Shown here in pieces: positions 52,757 through 64,000 of a DNA stretch of 64,000 bases (its first letter is position 1; each line of letters begins with the position of its first letter). The DNA lies in the NCBI GenBank assembly GCA_051294375.1, contig CM119265.1:13570124-13634123 (forward strand), in the 5' to 3' direction. Source of the DNA: Paraspadella gotoi (taxonomy: Eukaryota; Animalia; Chaetognatha). The notes beneath the pieces were generated by a model. It was not told where the DNA came from. It did no database searches and saw only the letters and a program-made list of their open reading frames with translations. Made by a program: the position numbers and the translations under genes.

Positions 52757-55700
52757 CTGTAAGAGATTAAAATAAAAGTAAAATAAAGGTTCGTTGAATA
52801 CTTTAAAAAAATTGAAAGAAATAAGAGAGAAAGGCACAGTTGCTTCATAAAAATACATAATACGTAATTAAAAAATTCAAGGCATTTCGTTTGCTACTAA
52901 ATAAAGAACAAGGAAGAAAAAAAGGTTTTCAAAAGCACAGCGCACATAAGAACCGAGTTACGCTGAAGATATGCCAGCAGGAGGAAATGCCCTAAACTTG
53001 TCTGTTTTTCCCCACCTGTACGATCGTAGGAAGCGGCTCGTCCGAAATCATGAAGGGGATCTCGTCAGTTTGGTAGACACAGCCTGCCGAGGCCAAGGAG
53101 TTGTCTTTGGCAACGGCGTCGTTTTCCGGCGGAGGATGCGCGAAAATGTCACAGCCCACTTCGGGATCTGGATCTGGGAAGAGTAAATAACAATTGAGAA
53201 AGAAACGGGCAGCCTTTTACGTAGTGACTTCGCTTACTCACCTCCAAATAACCAATGATCGATCTTCCACCCTTGCCCACTCCTCTCCTCCTCCCTCTTT
53301 CTCCTCGCTTCCTCCTTTAATTTCCTCGCTTCTCCGCCTTTGCTTTCCCATCGGTCTCCCTCTGGCTCTTCATCTTCCCAGGAATCTTCCACCTCCACGT
53401 CGGCTTCCTCATCCTCATCATTTTCTCCCTGGAGGCAACCATTTATATCGATCACGTGACCGGTGAGGAGTCGCGACATCGAGCGGGATCTGGAGTAATG
53501 AAATGATGTGAAAAATAAAGCTAAGCTCCTGCGTTTGAGATGACTTTACAACCAGGTTGCAAAACCAAATAAAAGCTAGTTTGACATTTTTACCTGCTTA
53601 ATTCCACGCTTCCCTTCCCCGAGTAGTTGGCCACGAGCGGATCAGCGCCGGCGCTGAGCAAGAGCCGCACCATTTCGCCGGAGTCATTCTCGACGGCGTC
53701 ATGCAGCGGACGCGTACCATCGTGGGCAAAGGCGTTAACGTCAGCGCCATGGGCGAGCAGCACGCGCGCGATGTGAAGTTGACCTTTGACGCAAGCCTCA
53801 TGCAAGGGTGTGTACCCCGCGTTATCGCGGACATTAACCTCCACGTAATGGGTATCGAGGCAGTATAGCACCGTATCCTGAATTTTTTACGCGACTGTAT
53901 TAGAAGATTACATGCACAACAATCGCCACAAAAAGAAATAAAAAACGTATGTTCTACGTAAAATTATGAAACGATTGTTACGTCACTTTAAAACTTGTAT
54001 TAAAAAAATTTTAATTGTAAGAAACATGCATAACCTCAGACTCACCAAGTAGCCGAGTCGGGCAGCTCTATGCAGCACAGTTTCACCCGACGTTTTGTTC
54101 ACCAAAAGCCTTTTCATTTCGGGGGGCATCACTGCTGGTTTTTTCTCAACGACGGGCAGCTTGGTTGGCGACGACGAGATTGAAGAGCGCGAGGCAGGCA
54201 AATGTCCGATCTTTTCGTCGGGCGGCGGGGTGCTCGCTTCAGGTTCTTTCTTTATTGAAGCCACGAACCTCTCCACCGACTCCACGAGTGGCTTGACGTC
54301 GAGATGATCTGACGAGGACTTGGTTTCCAAAAGCGGCTCTTTATTGACTAAAGTCAAATCTGGTTTCACGTCGAGTAATTGGGTGGTCGTTGGGGCGCAT
54401 TCCGCTAGCTTGGCCATAGAAGGTTCCATTTGACAATCTTCGATCTTGGACGCATTGGAAGCGCTGGAGGACGCCGCTGCCGACGCAGCGTTGCGGAGTT
54501 CTTCGAGTTTCTTCCAATCGCTCTTGCATCTTTCCAATTCTCGTTTCCGACTCCTGGGTGAGAGCGACTCCGTTCCAGAGTGTTCCCCTTTTTCCATCTC
54601 GATGAATTGGATCATGGCGCGTTGAAGATAGCGTTCCTCCCGGGACAACTGATCCGAATCCCTTGAAACGGAAGCGGACAGTTAACAATCCGTAAATACA
54701 AAAACAACTGAGGCTTTTATGATTCCACGTTCGGTAGTTTCTTTTAAAACCTACCTGTACAAATCTCCACATGGTCGATCTCTGTCCTTCTCCGCCACAA
54801 AGCCATCGCTGTTGGCAAGCTCATCGAGGATTCGCCGTCGGGCCTGAACGAACGACGACGTATGACTACGCGACGCCGATTCGACGCCCCGAAAGGCGGC
54901 AGGGGGTTCGAGCAGGGCGGGGCCGGGTGGGGGAGGCACACTTTCGAAACGCCCAGGGGCCTTGGCGGAATCCTGGGGTTGAAACGCCCGTCCCAACGAT
55001 TATGAAATACGTAGTGTAGTTAATTAGGAAAGAATAGGATAGTCGGAGAGATTAAAAGGGGGGAAAAAGGACAGCGTAGTTGCAATTAGGAAAACAAAAC
55101 CCAAAAGAAAAAGGTCATGATAAAAAATAAAGGAGGCGATGATCGTGGATGAAGCGTTATGATGGGAAAGAGTTAAGGATTAGGGAGAAGGAAAAATCGG
55201 TGCAGGGAAGACGGGGGAAAGAAAACGCAACAAGGAGGTGATCGAACAAACACCGTCAGCCTACTTTAATAAAGGGCTTTAAAAGACCGAACAACCAACT
55301 CAAGGAGTTTCGCAATGGCTTTTTTCTTTATTAAAATAAAATATAGTATGCGGTGATGATACAATATTCTAACTCAATACTCTATAAATATTATAATCAG
55401 ACTGGGCGTCACTGAAATTAGCAAACCAAAAACAAACCTTTTTGGATGGTGGACTTAAACAAGAGCCGGTTTCGTCTTCTAACCCGCCGCTGGTCGAGAT
55501 TGTGAGAGGCTGTGAAACGGTTTCTGTGACGGTGAATGAGAGAGGCTCCAGGGATTGGGCCTCTGAAATTGGAGGCACTTGACCGGCGCATTTACCAGCG
55601 TTGGAAAGGAGGGAAGAATAAAAAGACAGTTTTCCTGAAAGATGTCAGCATTGATTAATCAATGAACACAAGAAGGTTTTCCGAAAATGAAAATGAAAAC

Positions 55701-58700
55701 AATAAGAAACGAAATGCTTAAATTGTACCTCTGCTTTAGTATCATTGCAACCTTCATTAAATAAAACAAACAAGATTTTCAGGTAGGGAAATTTTATCAA
55801 AAACAAAATTCGAAAACCTACCTTCGGAGGTCATATCTTCTTTGAAAGACTCGGCATCTTTGGTCTCTCGCACATCTTCGTTGGAGTTTCGAGACGCCAA
55901 CAATATAGAGTCCTTGACGGTGTCATGCGTTTCCTCAGAGACCGCGGATTCGTTTGAGCGGAACGCAGATTGGATCTCGAACGGAAAACTGTTTTTGACC
56001 GAGTTTGATTCCGTCTTCGCTCCGACGTCCTTCTCCTTTCGCTTGGCGGCGCGCTTGGCTTCGCGCCGCTTCGCCTTCTCTACTTCGCAACGCAAAACTT
56101 CTTCGACGATCTAAGGGTCAATAATGAAGGCGCGTGGCTCATTTAATGTTACAAAAACATTTGGCTAATTTCTAATGCATACCTTTCGCCCGAAATCTGT
56201 CTCGAAAAGTTTATCCAAATCCTTTTTCTCCGACTTTTTCTTCTTCTCTTTCTTCCGTTTTTTTCTCTCGGCCTCGGTCTCGGCGATGGTCAATTCCCCA
56301 TCTTCTCTGACTCGACGCTTTTTCTTCACCGACGATTTCAACTGAACAAAAAAAAAGAAGAAACAGTCGAGTGTTGAGCTTTAAAACGGCTACTAAAATA
56401 TAAAATACAGTCCTGTAAAAAAAAACGACATCCTAAAACATTGTGCAAATAAATCTTGTTAGAATCATTTATTATGAAAGATATAGGTTGCTAATATTCA
56501 TCGAAAAAGGAACTATTGGTGCAAATTTGTTAATTTTGATTTTTTATAACTACAGAGCGTTAGAGAAGAAAATTGACACATTTTTTCCCTTTTGTGTTTA
56601 GGGTATTATAGCTCTTGAAAGACTAGACGGATTTTTTTAAACTTACACGTATGGATTCCTCTTTTAAAAATCCATATTTTCTATTTTTAATTTTTATAAT
56701 ACATAAATACAATGCCCAAAAATTAATTAAAATAATTTTTTTTCCCCACATTTTGTTTTTAACAATTTGTCTTTCGGGTGCTATTGCTCTTGAAGGGCTG
56801 AACCGATTTTATTTCCACTTAAACAATATAAATATTGATTCAAATTTGAAAAATATTTAAAATTTAAATGTTTGTTATTAATCATGTTGTTAAATATGTG
56901 CATAAAACGCGCACAATTTTAAGAATCCTCTCCTTTTTTGCACAGGACTAATGAAATCACCTTCGTTTGTTCGTTGGAAATCCCCACCCTGCCTCGTGAA
57001 AGATCCTCTGTTAACCGTGGAGGACCTGTCGCGGAAACTACCGACGAAACCATCGGTTCCGACCGACTTGACAAAGATGTCGAAAAGGCGCCCGTTATGG
57101 TGGCGTTACTCGTTGATCCGGATACCGTGAGAGGAGATACACCGACAGAAATGCCAACAGAAGGTTCGGCGCCGTTACAAAGGGGAACACCCTGTTTGAC
57201 AGACGCCGACTTTGAAGAAGTAGAGGAAAAGCGCGATTGATTCTGCGGGAGATGAGCGAAACCGAGGGAAGAGATCGTATTAAATATTAATCGACAATGA
57301 TCCAAACTTACATACAGATTTGTACTATACGTACTTTTTGAAGCGCCCGAGGTTCGTTGATGTCAACCTCTGCTCCTCCAAACTGCGAACTGGCCATTTC
57401 CCCGCCCATACTCATCAAGCTATGATGACTGTAGGCGGTCATGACAGCCGACGCAGAACATGTATCAGTGGGACGCGTTGTTGGCGCCGCCGAAGACGGC
57501 GGAGGCGTAGCTACGTTTATACCGACGGTATGTGCCAACGAGGGAGAGGCGGCAACGAGTTTGGTGGCCCCGGATTGGAGGAGATTTGTAGCCAGGGTTC
57601 GTGCGGGTGCAGAGCGACCCGAATCGTCTTTGACGCGAGATGAAGGACAATTCGCAGCGGAAGAGCCTGACGATGCTCTTGAGTCACTGGAGTCTTTCAA
57701 CTGCGGTGGACCGACATGAGTAGAGGCGCGAGACGGTTGTTGGTTTTGTGAAGGCTGTAAATGCTGCAGAGCAGATGGTTGCGGGAGAAAGCGTTGCTGC
57801 AGGGGTTGCAGGCTTTGGCCGGTCGTGGCTTTGTTTTGCGCCTGAATTGGCGCTGAAACGGACGTGGAGATATTGGATGAAGGAGGAACTAGAGTGGGTA
57901 CGCAAGTCGGTGCGGCATTGACGGAGACAGGAGTTTGAATGACGGCAGTGGCGCCGTTTGGAGCAACTACGGCGCTCCCGAATTGCGGCGCCGATTGACC
58001 AGTGTTAAGAACAATAAAGCCCCCACCTGGTGCGGCGGGCAAGTACGCGGAAGGATAAGCAGAAAACTGAAAAGAAAAAGAAAAAAGGGAATTCGTGGAA
58101 GAATGGACGAAATCTTTTTCAAAACAATTGAAGAGCTCGGAAAAGCGAGCATAAAATTAAAGTTCATAGATTATTAATACAATAAATACCTGGTTTGCAA
58201 CGACGGGTTGCTGGATGACGGCTCCCCCAGGACCAATTATTGTCTGATAAGTCGAACCAGAATTCACCACCGATGTTGACGTTGGCGACGAAGTCGAAGA
58301 CGCCATGACAACTGGAACGCGTAGCATCGTCTGTAGAAAGATAATTGTAAAATCATTAACAAGCTTGGAAAATTAAGTAAAAATTATGACTTTCAGAGGA
58401 ATTGTATATAGTATTCATCCTGGGATTCATCCAATGACATATCATTTCGTACTTATAGAATATAAGGTTTACAATTTTAAGACCTTCCTATAAAAATAAA
58501 AAATGTCATTAAAAACAATTCTGCACAAACACATAAAATAAATAAGATTATAAACGTATGAATTTTAGCTTAACAATGAAAAGAAATTCGTCCGTACCGG
58601 CTGAGCAGTCGTGACGGATGTAGAAGTGAGGCTCGACGTCGACGTTACGACTGGCGCCGACAACGAATGGGGCGGCGATTGAGAAGAGGAAGACGAGTTT

Positions 58701-61700
58701 TTCGTTACCGTCGGTTTCTCTCCATCTTGCGGCTAAAAATTAAATTAAATAAAATCACTTTCAGTACGGTTTAATATTTGTACATATTAAAAGTATATAT
58801 ATAAATATAGTACATACATTACATACACATACATATTGGCCCATTGTGCCTTCCCTATCAAGGATTGAGGTTTCAATATTTCTAGCGTTATATCAACAAA
58901 TAACTACAACATTATAACCTGATTATTATGCTTGGCAATATATTGCAGAAATGCGTTTTCAAATCTCGTCACAGAGCCAATCGCAGCCGTCGGCGTTGTA
59001 GATGTTGAGATGCTAGTTTCTTTAACGTCAGCAGATGTCAGGGCCGAAGAAACAACGGCGGAAACGTCTGGTTTTACGTCTTGTGAAGCAGCGCAAGTAG
59101 TAACGGCGGCATCCTCCGTCTTGACGGCCTGAAAAATGTCAGTTGAAATAGATCACGAGTGAAAGATAAATAAATAAATTTTTTTTTGATGATTGGTTGC
59201 TCGGCTTGCTTTATTTTTAAACCATACTCTCAACATATTTAAGCGTAACTATTCGAGTCGCCAGAATCTCAAATCGTTATTTAAAATAACGTTAGCTTCG
59301 GCTTGTGTCACGAAATCATAAGTACTAAGGAGGCATACCAGAAACCCGGAATTTTTTTCTATCTGCATTTCCTACCCCTTGTGAGTTTGTAGAGTTGGTA
59401 ACAGCGCCGCTGGAGTTGTTTCCGGCTCCTGGAGGCAAGGTCCAGTTCATCCACAAAGGCTGGGGCCCGCAAGGCGGCGCGGCTTGAACCAAGAGTCCCG
59501 TCGAGTAAGGCGGCGTTGGCACCACGAGTCCAGCTAAAGTTTCAGAAATCAATTTTTCGATGATACTCGCTATAATAATCAGTTTCATGAATGTTATTTC
59601 TTTGGTAAACTTACCAGGTTGTCCATAAGAATAGGCATTGGCAGCAGCGAAAGGATAAGGCGGCTGGAGATGCATGACCATTGGCTGAGTGGAGGACAAA
59701 CTCGGATTCCCTGCTTGTCCCATCCTTTTGACTTCGTCTGCTCGAGAAGACGACGGATGAAGAACTTTCGGGCTGAGCACGGGCATCTAATCAAAATTTT
59801 TTGCGCATTAGCATCGAAAATGCAAGTTATAAAACCCTGAAATCAAAATCTTTCTATTACAAGACTTCCCGACTTAATATTTAGGATATTTCCTTCTTTA
59901 AATTAAATTCTTAAAACAAATTACATGCAGAAAATTCGTTGAGAAAATTTTTAAAGGCTACAGCACTTTTAAACATGTCTCAAATTGATCTTTTCATAAA
60001 ACCCGGCATAAAAAATTTGAGGGGCAGACCTGTGGACTATGAGGAGCAGCACTAGCGTTACTTTTTCCTTTAGAAGAACCGGTCGCACGATTCGGACTGG
60101 ATGTGGGGACGCCGCTACTGGGAGTAGCCCCCATTAAATCCGGCGGACCTGTAGACAAAAATCGTCAAATGAATGAAATCTAATACTAGTAATAGAGGAG
60201 GGAAAGATTAAAATTTCAGACGAAGTTGTAAAGTTAATAACTTTATTTAAATCTATTTCAATATTTTAATTAAAATAAAATAATTTCTACTAAATTTAGA
60301 GAATGTCTTAGCATAAAGTACTAAAAAGACTAAAGCAATGGAATTAGTAATAATATCTATTTCACTTCCTACAAAAACTATTTAAAACCCCAAAAACTTA
60401 ATATTATTAACCGGGAGTATCGGCGGTGCTGTTTCGCGCGGGGCTTCGATCGCCGCGTGCAGGAGTGTTGCGGCCGCCAGACGACGTATAAGAAGGAAGT
60501 CGCGAGAAGGAATCAGAATCCGGGGTCGAAAGGTTCGCCGTTGAGCGGCTTAGAGAATTCCTAATAAAATTATATTGATAATTTCCTAAAACTTTACCAC
60601 CCAATGAAACGAATGTTAACGGTACTCACCCTTGCGTCGGCAGCAGCGGAGGCATTGGAGCGGCCATAAGAAGCGGTACGCCCCCAGGTGGCCCCAGGGG
60701 GATCTTAGCGATGGAAGCTGACGTGCCCGTCGAAGTAGACACCGTCAACGGAGTGGTTATCGGCGTCGACAAACGGACACTCGGGCTCGATGTTGTCACG
60801 TGACAGATCCACTTGGAGCCTCCCGATTGACCGGATTTCGAAGATTTGCAAGACGATTGGCCATTGGAGGGAGTCTTCTTTCCCATAGGATTTCGTCTAC
60901 CGGTTTTGGGAACGGGAAATCTGGTGAAAAAAAAAACACAATTTGTAAGACGATTTCAGAAATAATAATCGCATCCAAAAAAGCTAAGTTTATTATATCG
61001 AACGAATTTGAAGGTTAAAAAAAAAAAGACTTCACTATTACAATTTTTAAAAAATCTGTGAAAACTAACGTGTGCGTTCTTGCGGCGCGGCAAGTATCGA
61101 CGTTGGATGGCGGTGGAGGCGAATCGCCGTTGGAAGCGTGAGAGGAGAGCGGCGTCCTTTGCGACGTGACGGTGATGATGCGCGGAGTTCCGAAAGACGC
61201 TGAAACTTTCTGGTGCGAGTGTTCTGAACGATTCGCGCGGACTTCATTCTGGTAGACCAAATAAATTATCAAACGATAATACTATAGCTCCATCAATTCT
61301 AAGAAAAAACGTTACACGAAACGGTTCAAAAATTTGATTAGTAACCTGTCCGTTATTTCGTCCTTGAAGCGGTTGTGCGCGACCTGGGACGCCAAGAGAG
61401 ACATCGAGCCGCGACTTTTTAGAGGCGACAGGAGCGGAAGTAGCGGCGATGTCACGCGGTGGAGGAATCTCCCTTATAATCGCCACATTGTCTTTGACCA
61501 CATCAGTTGGGCCTTTTCCGGATGTCACGGTCTTCTCGTTTTTAGTAATCAAGGCCGCGTTCGAAGAACGAAGGGGCGTGGCAACGGCGATGCCTCCGCC
61601 TGAAACGGAATTTAAATAAGCAATGAGACGAACACTCGCGGCAAAGAACAACCTTGGTACAGTTAGTGGTTAGTTAATTAAGAATTAATTGCTATGGATG

Positions 61701-63955
61701 AAATAGAGGAATTTATTAGACAAAAGTAAATCAGATTGATTCGAAAGAGTAAAAAAACGAATAAATGAAAATCTATACTTGTAACTAATATTTTACAGTA
61801 AAACTAAATGTTCTTTGACTTAGTAATTGCCTCCTTCCTCCTCAGCTACGAGTCTCGACGGAAGTAAAACGATTAATCTTTAGATCACGACCCGTTTTAG
61901 TTTCTCAGTAAGTAAATGTAACATCCAAAATATTTATCAAAGATATTTATTTCAGTGCCAATTAATGTCGTCATGATGACACAAACGTTAATAATTGGCA
62001 CAGATGAGCTGAGTTATGAACCGAAATTTTTTTAAACTTTTTTATTTTTATTCATAAAATTTTATTTTTGCTATTTAAAAAAGGGGCTGTTTGCAAGGTC
62101 AAATCGGATCATCTCGCGGAGGTAAAACGCCCACGTACATACAGAAAAAAATAATTATACCTCGGTAATCATCTGTATTATAAGTATTATAAATATACCA
62201 AGTTTTAATAAGTCAAAACTTCACCTTATCATGCACCATACTCGGAAAAGATGATTATCAAAGAAGACGAATTTTTAATCCAGCAGAATAATACTAGTCG
62301 AACCGTGTATCGACGCTGAGTAAATCCAAAGGATTGTCTTTGTTTAACAAGACTTAAACAGTGACGTCTACAACTGTCGCTCGAGAGACGAAGATGAATT
62401 AAGAACTGACCTGGAACCATCAGAGGGGTAGTCGAAGTAGAGACGTTACTACGAGAAACGATCGAGCAGGAAGAGATCGTACGCGTGGTCAAATGTGAGG
62501 ATGTGGAAAAAACTTTGTTCTGACTAGAGGTCCGAAAATAAACATTGGAGGAGGAAGAGAGAGGGGCGACAATGCTGGCGGAAGTAGTCGTCGTTGTGGT
62601 TGTTGTCGAAGTCGTAGAGGAAGAGGAGAAAGAAGAAGAGGAGATCCAGGACGAAGAGGTCGAGACCGGGTGAGACTTAGAATGAGGATACGATTGGTGG
62701 GGATGAGGGGCTAGCTGGGAGGGCAGCGTCGAAGCAAGTTGTTGCGGAGGGACAGCGAGAGGGTAAGGGCCCTGGGTAGGGACGACCGGACCAGAAGAAG
62801 CGAGAGGAGGGAGGAAGGCGGCTCGAGGAGTCTGAGACTGTGGATGAGAGAGTGCGCCTGTTGTGGAGAGACAGGCGGAGTTCGAAAATATTTAGAGAAA
62901 AAGAGCACGGGTTGTGGGTAACGGTGGCGACAGTCACGATTGCGGATTCAGAAAAATGTGCGCAAGAAATAAAGGAAAATAGAGAAAAAAAAACAATCTT
63001 CGAGTTATTAAAGCTAAAACAATCACAAGGAAGTAATAATAGAAAATTCAGCAAAAGAAAGGAAAGAAAGTAAGTAATTTATATAGTATTACACAATCCG
63101 TAGTAACTTTTAGGTCCAATCAAAACAATGTGGTGTCTTGTATATAATACACTTTTCAGAAATGTTTAACGTTGAAAAAACGAGTAAAACAATAATATTA
63201 ATCAACAATAAAAAAAAGTTCACGCTCAATGTTTTTGTCCGAATTGAACAGCTGTTTTTTCGAAGTTAAACAAGGGGCTACTTCTTTTTTTTGCGACTGA
63301 GTGCGAATGCAGTTGACCACAAAACTTACCGATAAAGACGCCAGCCGGACCTCCGAAAGGATGTGCTGGGGCAGCCGCGTTGACGAAACGCTGCCCTGGC
63401 CCAGTTCCGCCAGGGTACGCTCCCACCGCAGCCGCGGCAGCCGCGGCTGCCGCCGCGATTCCGAAGCTGCCGCCTGCTGCTGCGTGTCCGAAATTTCCGT
63501 AAGCAGCAGCGGCAGCCATTTGCTGTTGTTGCTGAACCGCAGCAATTTGTTGTTGTTGGGCTACATGAGCGGCAACCGCGGCGGCTTGAGCCTGGGCGTG
63601 AGCCGCGGCGAATGCTGGTCCTCCTGAAGATTAATAACTTTGTTTATTACGAAAACGCTGACTGGTCTCTAAAAAAAAGCTCAAAAAGTTGGAGAAAATA
63701 CGGAGGTCGTGGGTGCATGGCTGACAGGAAGAGATACCTGGAGGTAAATGACGTTCGACCTTAGATGTCGCGACTTGACCTCCCATCAATCGGCCCGGGT
63801 CCCCTGAGGACCCCGATGTCGCAGGTTCGCGGATGATCGGACCAGATGTGATTATCACATCCGGATCTCCACCGGGAGGAGTAGCAGCACCAGTAGTGTT
63901 AGATGGGGCAGCTAACATGGAAACCGTTGAATCTGCTTTCCGTTTTAAAGGCCGA
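51359..63955 (-). CDS. BCOR: BCL6 corepressor (BCOR/BCORL1)-like protein; multi-exon, 5'-incomplete
   Basis: Phase-consistent exons read by eye (5'->3'): 63955-63738, 63623-63330, 62857-62411, 61599-61346, 61248-61070, 60920-60630, 60560-60412, 60148-60030, 59786-59615, 59533-~59376, 59128-58919, 58732-58598, 58330-58190, 58066-57335, 57242-56961, 56341-56183, 56110-55822, 55634-55438, 54972-54755, 54661-54046, 53877-53594, 53489-53242, 53173-53016, 52756-52430, 52321-51359 (TGA). All introns are GT-AG except one GC-AG. The protein has a long S/T/P/A/Q-rich N-terminus, the BCOR-type ankyrin block and PUFD-like motifs. A few donor sites are uncertain. Confidence 0.88.
53016..53173 (-). CDS. 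BCOR: BCOR-like exon, linker and start of the PUFD-like domain (absent from the ORF track)
   Basis: [15 protein letters not shown]...[13 protein letters not shown] resembles BCOR 'GYDVLANPP...FEFSETPLLPCYNIQ' as recalled. Splice phases fit both neighbouring exons. Confidence 0.75.
53594..53877 (-). CDS. BCOR: BCOR-like ankyrin-repeat exon
   Basis: [88 protein letters not shown]. The DNAGY..LHEAC and [13 protein letters not shown] motifs are characteristic of BCOR/BCORL1. Flanked by an AG acceptor and a GT donor. Confidence 0.93.
54046..54661 (-). CDS. BCOR: BCOR-like exon ending at the start of the ankyrin region
   Basis: Encodes ...[28 protein letters not shown], closely resembling BCOR '[23 protein letters not shown]' as recalled. 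A GTGAGT donor follows. Confidence 0.9.
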
Positions 63956-64000
63956 CTGCAAAATTTTTAAAAAAGTCAGATTAATTTTTTTTTTTTTTTT

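Noticed and set aside
51359-52858. 499-aa ORF as a stand-alone gene
   Set aside because: Its first ~34 codons are intronic (acceptor at 52757); it represents the last exons of the BCOR-like gene.
55729-55751. Possible 23-nt micro-exon in the BCOR-like gene
   Set aside because: The flanking exons already join in phase 1, and including it would shift the frame.

Overview
AT-rich eukaryotic DNA, apparently from an invertebrate metazoan, in a noisy draft assembly with four N-gaps, many (AG)n/(CT)n microsatellites and indel-type errors. The right end (51.4-64 kb, minus strand) holds about 23 coding exons of a BCOR/BCORL1-type corepressor gene with ankyrin repeats and a PUFD-like domain; its 5' end lies outside the window. 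The most unusual element is a ~4.3-kb LTR element at 4814-9148 (minus sense). It encodes only a Gag-like protein with no pol and has a tRNA-Gly primer-binding site. It also carries a second ~21-nt tract in the LTR complementary to the tRNA-Gly D-arm. Other features are a hammerhead-like, Penelope-type palindrome (~50.2-50.5 kb), three related tRNA-derived SINE-like copies, a TIR element (~32.9-33.9 kb) and a ~3.8-kb gap-centred fold-back that is probably an assembly artefact. Most ORFs in the supplied track are microsatellite noise. All family assignments come from motif recognition by eye, not database searches.
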